DNA of 64,000 nucleotides from a virus (Duplodnaviria; Caudoviricetes): IMG/VR virus record IMGVR_UViG_3300001528_000259, positions 32,001 to 96,000 of that record; one strand, 5' to 3'. Shown piece by piece: positions 56,701 to 64,000 of this stretch (position 1 is its first letter; each line of letters starts with the position of its first letter). The notes under the pieces were generated by a model. It saw only the letters and a program-made list of their open reading frames with translations, ran no database searches and was not told where the DNA came from. The position numbers and the translations under genes were made by a program.

Positions 56701-58727
56701 TCAGGAACTTTACCTTGTGCAAACAAGTTTGCTATGTTCTCACACTCATTTTTTGCATTCACAACCCATGTATGGAATTGCTCTTTAGTCATCTCAAAAT
56801 TTGTAAAGAGTTTCGTCGCGACATCAAATAACTCATCTTCCGTTAGATCTTCTATTTTGGTCAGTTTAGAGCCGTCCAAAATCGTTCCGTTTCCGACTAA
56901 TTTTTGCAAACTCGATAAAAATTCTCGCAAGATTTCGGCTTGTTCAACTGTTTGGTTAACATATAATTTATATTTGCTAGCGTCAAATTCAAAAAACGAT
57001 ACTTTACCATCAGCCAGAAAGGGTACCAAATCCTGTGCTCCACTCAAAAGAGAAGCAAATATGCCATCTCCAAATCCCGCAAATTCATCCTCTAATGCAT
57101 TTTGAATTATTGGTGTATGATTCACATCATAGAGTGCATCCGCACTTTGATTTCCAAGCAATGCAGGATTAAATTCGCCTTCGACACGTCGATATAACAA
57201 TAATTTCTTTTCTGATTCTACCTGTCGTTCCACTGCCGCAGCAGTCTTTTCTTCTTCAGTGCGTTTCTGTTTTGCAAACTCAGTCGCTTCTCTTTCCGTC
57301 TTAGCTTTTAATTCAGAGTCTTCTCTAGCACGTCTTTCTGTTTCTGCGATTTTATTTGCGTTATTAACATCTTCTGGCGTTGGTCCAAACTGTCCGTCGT
57401 TTCCGCCATTGGCAGTACCAACATTCTCGCCAATAATTTGACGCAATGATGTTTCTGCAATACTTGCAACAGGAGAAAGTTGATCGTACAGTTCATCATA
57501 TTTTTTAAGTTTTGCTCTCATATTACGGCGTTTTACACCGTCTGATTCATTTTGTACTTTTTCAGCATAATTTTCATATTCTTTTACAAATTTAACCAAC
57601 CATTGATATTGAGCCTCCCAATCTTCATTGTTGGATAAAGACTTATCATATCTATTTTTTAGAACTGCCAATGATGCACTTTCTGGAGAATAATTAAGAG
57701 CAGAAGATATTTTTTCATTTACTTTTTCTGCACTCTTTTCTTTTTTTAACATCCTATTGTATGCTTCTTCTATTTCTTTAACTGTTTTTAAAGAAGATTG
57801 CAGATTTTCTTGATTTATAATCTCTGCTTGGTTCTGCTGTAGAGACTTTATTTGTTCATCAATCTGACTGACCTCTACGTCGATATTTTTTATTTGATTT
57901 TGATAATACTTATCAAAATTACGTACAATTTTATTAAAATCAGCATCCGCTTTGTCAAAAACGTCAGCCGTTGTATCTGAAAGATTAACGAATTCAAAAT
58001 CAGATAGCAATGTCTTATCTTTAACCAAGCCCTTATTACCGTTTATAGTACGGGACATTCTATATAGATTTTCTGCCGCACTTAAAGCCTCAATGAGAGC
58101 CGCATTGTATTCTTTTGTTCCTTTTGTGACTTCACTTAATGCATCTTCTGCCTTAATGAACTCTCCCATTATACGCTGAGCTTGTTCGTCTATGCTTTCA
58201 GTGTCAGATATTTTCAACGGTTTAAACTCGTCATATTCCATCGTTGATAACTCAGACAATCTCTCATATTTGGCATAACGCAAATCGAGTTTTTTGGATT
58301 GTTGATTTAATTCATTTTTTCTTTTTTGCAAATCATTAAGTTGCGCTATAATATCACGGCTAGCATCCGCAATTCCTTCTTTTACACCAGAAACAATGCC
58401 TTGAGCAACGCCATTTCCAATACTCTGACCTAATTTTCCAGACCCAGCATTAACGCCAGCGGTAATACCGTCTGTAATCGCACTTGCAAACTGAGATACA
58501 ATACCCTGCAATGTTTTCTCAGAGAACACAATTTCTTGTTTTCCCATTTGCTTCAATTGGTTGTTAAATTCTTTGGTCAACTCGGTCAGACTATCTGCGT
58601 CCGTATCAACCTTCATTTTCAAAATATCATTCAGCTCTTGTGCTAATTCTTTTGCATCATTTTTTACAGCGTCTCTATCCAATATAGGTTTAATCGACGC
58701 TAACCATTCTGCTTTTCTTGTTGCCAT
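53743..58727 (-). CDS. Tape measure protein, exon 1
   Basis: GAGGTG RBS and ATG 58727; TP901-type TMP core near the exon end (IDLALTELKKVT...FNEVGNRFSI...ITAANEV). Confidence 0.9.
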
Positions 58728-58737
58728 ATTTCTCACC

Positions 58738-59283
58738 TCACTTTCTTATTGATCTTAAGATTTGTTTTCCAACCGAACGCCTAAAGTTTCGGTCAAATGT
58801 ATAATCATAACTATTAATGAATTTCTGAATTTCTTCTGCTGGCACAAAAGAACCATAATATTTTTGATCCTCATAATTTCCACCGCCGACAATACTACTT
58901 CCGTCTGTGCGAGGATGAATACCAGCAAGAAAGTTTCCAATAATCCACTCTGCATCTGCTGGTGAGTATATTTTTGATCCATAATATGTATTTTCTATTT
59001 TTGACGGATCAAATTCCACACCAGCAGAACAAATTAACGTATCACCATTTTCGCGTACCGGATTTGAATATGGCACAAAACTTTCCATTAAACTGTAAGT
59101 ACGATTATAACTAGTTGGATCATAATCATCATAGTATCGCACCAAACAAGATACAGTATTACTATACAAATCTTTTTCTGCTTGTTTAGTTGCATCCTCT
59201 GCCGCCGTTTTAAATACTTTTTTATAATCTTTTAGCATTTCTTCTGCCGCCTCGTCTATAGCTTGTTCCAAAGTTTTCGCCAT
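58738..59283 (-). CDS. Virion morphogenesis protein (neck/tail-completion-like)
   Basis: YYDDYDP..YNRTY.L motif; upstream of TMP. Confidence 0.6.
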   Translation of the reverse strand: MAKTLEQAIDEAAEEMLKDYKKVFKTAAEDATKQAEKDLYSNTVSCLVRYYDDYDPTSYNRTYSLMESFVPYSNPVRENGDTLICSAGVEFDPSKIENTYYGSKIYSPADAEWIIGNFLAGIHPRTDGSSIVGGGNYEDQKYYGSFVPAEEIQKFINSYDYTFDRNFRRSVGKQILRSIRK

Positions 59284-59305
59284 ACTAACTCCTCCAATTT
59301 ATTAT

Positions 59306-59881
59306 TTACTTTAATTTATCTAAAAGCCCAATTAACTGGGACAAGTCTTCCTTTTGAATATCTGTGCCAAGGACGTCTTTCAGATTAAAATCTTCAAACT
59401 TTTCTTTTAAAACTGAACCAACTCCATCAAGTTTTTTCAGTACGCCATCAAGAAAATGCCCAACAAGCACATTTACATTATTATCTTCAAGCTCAGATGC
59501 TAGTGCCATCTTTAACAAAACATCGCACTCCTCATAATCATTCTGAAATTCTGCAATAATCTGTGCTAATAATCCACTTTCAGCAAGCAAATCATAATCT
59601 ACCACAGGATCTTCGCTCCACTCCAAATTAGTATGTAACGACAGCGTCGCAATAATGAAGCTCAAATATTGCCCAATCTGGTCATTCTTTTTAATGCCAT
59701 CAATCTCACGAATATTCTGGGACACAACCATTTCCATTGCTTGTTTTTTATCTCTAAAAGGCACATACTTTTTTACCTCAAGCTTTTCTGTAATATATTC
59801 ACCAATCGCATTAGGTTCACTCTTTGTATTTATCACATGTGCGTTTTGAAAATCTTTAACAAAATCTTGTATTTTAATCAT
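59306..59881 (-). CDS. Hypothetical protein (possible tail assembly chaperone)
   Basis: VKKYVPF..K motif; position in the tail module. Confidence 0.6.
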   Translation of the reverse strand: MIKIQDFVKDFQNAHVINTKSEPNAIGEYITEKLEVKKYVPFRDKKQAMEMVVSQNIREIDGIKKNDQIGQYLSFIIATLSLHTNLEWSEDPVVDYDLLAESGLLAQIIAEFQNDYEECDVLLKMALASELEDNNVNVLVGHFLDGVLKKLDGVGSVLKEKFEDFNLKDVLGTDIQKEDLSQLIGLLDKLK

Positions 59882-59895
59882 AATAATTTCTCCTT

Positions 59896-60279
59896 TTAAT
59901 CATTTTGATGAGTAATAAACTCATTTATTGCATACATATCTGCCACACTCATTTTTAGTTCTTCCAATTCCTCTAATGTGAATCTCACATTAGGCGGTTC
60001 AATCTCAACATTGTTGAGTTCCTGTAGTGTAGCGTTCGCCTCATCAGTCTTATCGGGTATGATTTTAATCATACCATTATCCGTAATAACAATGTTGCCA
60101 TTGTCATCCTTAATTGAATACGTGTCAATAATTTCCTGTCTTTTAGTATTAAAAAAAATTTCTTCAGTTTCCGAATCCTTACAAAATCTCATAATTTTGT
60201 ACGCAAGTTTAGCAGAGATTTTAGTTTGCGCAAACTGATTAAAAACTTGTATTGCGCCAATAAGTGTACAAATCTTCAT
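59896..60279 (-). CDS. Hypothetical phage protein
   Basis: AAGGAG RBS before ATG 60279 (MKICTL). Confidence 0.65.
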   Translation of the reverse strand: MKICTLIGAIQVFNQFAQTKISAKLAYKIMRFCKDSETEEIFFNTKRQEIIDTYSIKDDNGNIVITDNGMIKIIPDKTDEANATLQELNNVEIEPPNVRFTLEELEELKMSVADMYAINEFITHQND

Positions 60280-60304
60280 AAAAATTTCTCCTTTTATTCC
60301 TTTA

Positions 60305-63300
60305 TTATTGTAATTTTGCAACAATATCCTCAAGTTCCTGAACGCGCTTTTTAAGTTTTTGTATTTGCCAAGTGTTAAGAGCGATGAACTCCTCATATCG
60401 CAATGAACATGTTTCCTCATCGTTCTCATCTTTTGTTTCAACATATGCTGCAAAGTCCTGTGTAGTTAAACCAGCATTATTTATCGCTTGCAAAACATCT
60501 TGGGCTATAAACCCGCTGTGTATTCTGTTTGATGTCCCGTAATTAAATTTATATGTAACCGGAACAAGCGCGTCATAAAGCACATTATATTTATCAGAAA
60601 ATGTACTAATAGAGTTCTTTTTGTTTTTATCTGATATAATTGAACCGCTTGTGTTTCCCGTAATAGTGCCGCTAATGTACAAATCATTTGATCTGACCGA
60701 CATTTTTACAATCTGATAATTGTTAGCATTTATTGTACGTAAATTAGTTGTGCCACCATAGTAAAAAGTAATTCCATAATTTGTATACGCAACCGCTGTA
60801 TTTTGTTCTTGATTACCATTATTATCGCCGGAACAAAAAACAATTGATGGTCTAATTGCAGTATTATAATCGAATGTAGATGGGTTTCCTCCCCAATATG
60901 AAAATCCATCTCCGCCTATATAAACATAATTATCAGCAATAATACCCAATCCTCCAGATCCAGCAAAAGATGAACCACGAGAATAAATACAAGGACTGTT
61001 AGCAGAATCACTACCACTACTAATATGAAATGGATAGGTAGTATTTCCAAATGTACCAGTTGCCGCAGATAACGATCCGGCAAATGTTCCGGTTGCTGCG
61101 GATAGTGATCCAGCAAATGTGCTTGAAGCACTAATTGTACCTGTAATATGCGCTGAACGACAATAAAGTTCACCTTTTGTGTTAACTCCAAAATTACTTC
61201 CGGCTTTTAGTACCCATCCAGTACTTGTATGTCCGGCAATAGTAAAACTAGTTTTACTGCCCGTACACAAAAAAGCGTTAGCACTACTAAAAGATGTGCC
61301 ATAATAAATTGAATCATCGTTGATGGTCCAACCATTAGTTTGACTACCAATATAACCGGTTGTAGCAGTTAATTTACCTGAAATGTCAACCTCAGTAGCA
61401 GTTAAACCGGTTGCATCTATTTGATCCGCAGTTATACTACCAGTAGCAATATTGGCACCGTTAATTTTTGTGCTTCCGTTTTCTGTTGTTGTAAAAGCCA
61501 CATTGCCATCCAGTATAATATTCTTAGCATCTATAGTAATATATGAACTCGAATCATTCTGCCCAAGTACAATACTTGCACCCTCAAGCTCAACACTCTG
61601 ATCTTGCTCTGTTCCGTTCGTCGTATCTGTTCTTTTTGCAACTAAGGTTAAACTGGAACCGTCTCCTCCAGCTTGTTGCTGAAAAGTCGCAACATATTCG
61701 CTCCCATCATCATTTTTCCAAAAAGCGTTATTTGCAATAGTCGCATCAGTATTTGACAACCTATCAGAAAGAGTAATTCCACTTCCTCTTGCATTCACAA
61801 TTTCCGTATATATACCATCCGCAAATTGTCTAACCATGCTTGTAATGCGATTGTTGACATTACCAGCTAAAGTTGCTACCTTAATCCATGTGTCCCCATC
61901 TAATATATACAATTCAGCCTCATCATACCAATATGCATATGCAGTTCCTGCTGGTTGTGTAGTACCAAACCATACCTTGCCAATCGACTCATCCCATGTT
62001 TCACCGTTCCATATATAATAAAACCCAGGAGTAAACTCATAGGTTACATCTGTATATGTTTCTGTATGGGTATTTCCCGTTGGTATGTAAATCATGCCTG
62101 TTTTTAAGATAGTTTTGGCTTGATCCAATGTAAGACCATACGCCTGAGAAAATTCTCCAACGCTATATTTGTCCACAGAAGATAACATTCGACTATATTC
62201 TTCTGCATTTTTTGCTATAAGTAGTTTATTTTCCTCATCTAATGTACTGACAGTTTCCATTTCCGCCTTAGTAGACAGTCCATTTTTAACATACTCCGCA
62301 AAATATTCTGCGCCAGTGTTAGTTTCTCCGGTAACAGGATCAGTATATGACCAGCGGCTGATTGGCTCTACTGTTTGTTCAATCTCATTAGCCCTTGCTA
62401 ATGCTGCATTTGCTTGATTTACAGCCTCTGTTCGAGCACTTTCAGCAGACGTTACTGCACTTTCTGCAATGGCTTTTGCCTGAGCAGATATGGTAGCTAT
62501 ATTTTCTACCTGCGTATTCATATTTCCAACATCCGCAGTGATTTCGTCAACTCTACTTAATGCATCTTGTACCTGATCACTCATTGATGAATTAGAAGAT
62601 ATGCTTTCTTCTGCTTTGTTGTATGCTGCCTGAGCAACATTAATTGCAGCCGCGATATTTATTTCGGCACTATCAACACGATCTGCTATTTGCTGTAAAT
62701 TTTTACCCATTACATCTGTCGTACACGCCTGTACCCCAAGCATAATCACAGCATATTCAATACCATTTTTATTCTCTCTTGCAAATACCCTATATCCGTA
62801 ATTAGAGGAGGTCTTGGTGGCATATCCGCTTTTATTGGATGTGACATAATCTCCAACTTCAACATCTAATTCACAACGAACATCTACAAGTCCAGAAGTT
62901 ACTATAAGTCCATGTGTATTTTTTCTTGAATCATTAGCATCTTGACCACCAACAAAACCAGCGGCGTCAACAGACACACCAAAAATATCAACACCATCGC
63001 AAATTTTAATAGTTGATGTATTCGGTACTATACTAACAAAATAACCATATGTATCATATAATGCGTCGTGCCATTCATAATAATTAGCAATATTAACACT
63101 ATCAGATTGAACTGTTTTAAGTCGCTCAATTTCATCAAGTTCTGATCGTAATCCCGTAATTGCTTTGATTGGGTGCTGGTCATACTCATCTCTACCATTT
63201 AAACTATAATGGCGTGCAGTATCACCACCAACCCATCCAACAGCTTCGGTGGTTTCGACTTCTATTTCTTGAGTGCCTTCAACTTGAACGGACTGGATTT

Positions 63301-63418
63301 CTTCTTCTGTCTGAACACTTTGCTCTAAGATTTCTATATTTGAGATAGTTTCAGAAGAATCTTCTGGGACAATATCCAAATACTCCACTGTGCCCAATTC
63401 ATCTAATTCTTCATCCAT
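60305..63418 (-). CDS. Tail fibre/spike protein with C-terminal peptidase S74 intramolecular chaperone
   Basis: SDKNKKNSI...HSGFIAQDV...SLRYEEFIA followed by a coiled coil; GSITADQI repeats. Confidence 0.82.
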   Translation of the reverse strand: MDEELDELGTVEYLDIVPEDSSETISNIEILEQSVQTEEEIQSVQVEGTQEIEVETTEAVGWVGGDTARHYSLNGRDEYDQHPIKAITGLRSELDEIERLKTVQSDSVNIANYYEWHDALYDTYGYFVSIVPNTSTIKICDGVDIFGVSVDAAGFVGGQDANDSRKNTHGLIVTSGLVDVRCELDVEVGDYVTSNKSGYATKTSSNYGYRVFARENKNGIEYAVIMLGVQACTTDVMGKNLQQIADRVDSAEINIAAAINVAQAAYNKAEESISSNSSMSDQVQDALSRVDEITADVGNMNTQVENIATISAQAKAIAESAVTSAESARTEAVNQANAALARANEIEQTVEPISRWSYTDPVTGETNTGAEYFAEYVKNGLSTKAEMETVSTLDEENKLLIAKNAEEYSRMLSSVDKYSVGEFSQAYGLTLDQAKTILKTGMIYIPTGNTHTETYTDVTYEFTPGFYYIWNGETWDESIGKVWFGTTQPAGTAYAYWYDEAELYILDGDTWIKVATLAGNVNNRITSMVRQFADGIYTEIVNARGSGITLSDRLSNTDATIANNAFWKNDDGSEYVATFQQQAGGDGSSLTLVAKRTDTTNGTEQDQSVELEGASIVLGQNDSSSYITIDAKNIILDGNVAFTTTENGSTKINGANIATGSITADQIDATGLTATEVDISGKLTATTGYIGSQTNGWTINDDSIYYGTSFSSANAFLCTGSKTSFTIAGHTSTGWVLKAGSNFGVNTKGELYCRSAHITGTISASSTFAGSLSAATGTFAGSLSAATGTFGNTTYPFHISSGSDSANSPCIYSRGSSFAGSGGLGIIADNYVYIGGDGFSYWGGNPSTFDYNTAIRPSIVFCSGDNNGNQEQNTAVAYTNYGITFYYGGTTNLRTINANNYQIVKMSVRSNDLYISGTITGNTSGSIISDKNKKNSISTFSDKYNVLYDALVPVTYKFNYGTSNRIHSGFIAQDVLQAINNAGLTTQDFAAYVETKDENDEETCSLRYEEFIALNTWQIQKLKKRVQELEDIVAKLQ

Positions 63419-63433
63419 ATATTTTTCACCGCC

Positions 63434-63823
63434 TTACGTCAAGATTGTTTCGCCGTCAAGAATAACCAGACCTTCTTCATTTGCTGTCGGGAGAACTTGT
63501 CGTTCAACTATAAAATCATCAAGCATGGGATATACTGTAATTAATTGAGGGCGACTTCCAAAAATTGTGCCACTTGTCGAGCAACATGCTCTAATCTGCA
63601 CTTTTGCTTTATATTTATCTAAAAATCTAGATGTTTCTTCGGCGGTCAAAGAAACGCATAATTCTTTAGAATCGTTCGGCGCACTACAATTTTCCAGATT
63701 TTTTGTTATTGGCAAAAGTTCACTTGGATTATTTGGTTGCCAAAATTTTATTGTGGCCCATTCGAGTTCTGCTTTTGTATACGGTAATTTAAATGTGAAT
63801 TGTGCAGTTGTTCCACGAATCAT
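63434..63823 (-). CDS. BppU N-terminal-like baseplate protein
   Basis: MIRGTT..FTF.LP...LTAEET.RF...VQIR pattern. Confidence 0.65.
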   Translation of the reverse strand: MIRGTTAQFTFKLPYTKAELEWATIKFWQPNNPSELLPITKNLENCSAPNDSKELCVSLTAEETSRFLDKYKAKVQIRACCSTSGTIFGSRPQLITVYPMLDDFIVERQVLPTANEEGLVILDGETILT

Positions 63824-63847
63824 TCAAAAACCCCCTTTTATTTTATT

Positions 63848-63878
63848 AAAAAAAATAGGTGGCATTACGCCACCTATC
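63848..63878 (-). terminator. Intrinsic terminator
   Basis: ATAGGTGGC-GTAAT-GCCACCTAT followed by a T tract on the minus strand. Confidence 0.8.
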
Positions 63879-63888
63879 TCATTGATAT

Positions 63889-63999
63889 TTACGCTTTTTT
63901 AATTGCGTCTGCATAAACCTTACCGGTATAGACAGGTACCGTCTTGTATGTACTTAGTACATAAACATATTTTCCATTTTTCTTCTGAATCTCTCTTAC
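63889..63999 (-). CDS. C-terminal fragment of a gene running off the window
   Basis: Open frame VREIQKKNGKYVYVLSTYKTVPVYTGKVYADAIKKA* ending just before the terminator. Confidence 0.5.
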   Translation of the reverse strand, partial: VREIQKKNGKYVYVLSTYKTVPVYTGKVYADAIKKA

Positions 64000-64000
64000 G

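Noticed and set aside
44949-58736. Tape measure gene as a pseudogene, an assembly error or three separate genes
   Set aside because: Both breaks have group I intron cores and exact in-frame splice junctions.
34239-63902. Many + strand ORFs antisense to tail genes (e.g. 37740-38321, 39935-40450, 50620-51012)
   Set aside because: These are shadow ORFs of long minus-strand genes, with no RBS or motif support.
1-64000. CRISPR array, diversity-generating retroelement or retron
   Set aside because: I saw no regularly spaced repeat-spacer array, reverse transcriptase or TR/VR pair. The CAAAATGATT copies are dispersed, not arrayed.

Overview
A 64 kb segment of a large, AT-rich tailed phage, probably temperate or a phage-plasmid. 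A Bacillota (likely anaerobic Clostridia-type) host is inferred from the sigmaA promoters, GGAG ribosome-binding sites and class III RNR. The left arm (+ strand, 1-30.4 kb) carries replication and nucleotide-metabolism genes (PurA-like, primase, RecJ, two DNA methyltransferases, DnaE, deaminase, ThyX, kinase, nucleotidase, glutaredoxin, NrdD/NrdG, FTR-like, dUTPase), a tRNA/ncRNA cluster, two cell-wall hydrolases and a large serine recombinase. The right arm (- strand, 30.4-64 kb) carries tail genes, holins and a TubR/TubZ partition pair. Main observations: (1) the ~3,700-aa tape-measure gene is split by two endonuclease-carrying group I introns whose splice sites can be placed exactly, and its first exon contains an ADP-ribosyltransferase-like insert; (2) a non-palindromic motif CAAAATGATT occurs about 19 times exactly, always in the direction of transcription and mostly at promoters or RBSs, including inside an intron (stoperator-like); (3) six sigmaA promoters carry TGTAAA exactly 16 bp upstream of -35, five of them as a full TGTAAH-N5-TGTAAA WalR/PhoP-type repeat; (4) att/res-like palindromes lie inside the recombinase's own 3' end and share a motif with repeats at its promoter; (5) several unannotated structured or tRNA-like RNAs lie between the tRNAs. 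All calls come from reading motifs by eye; no database searches were run.
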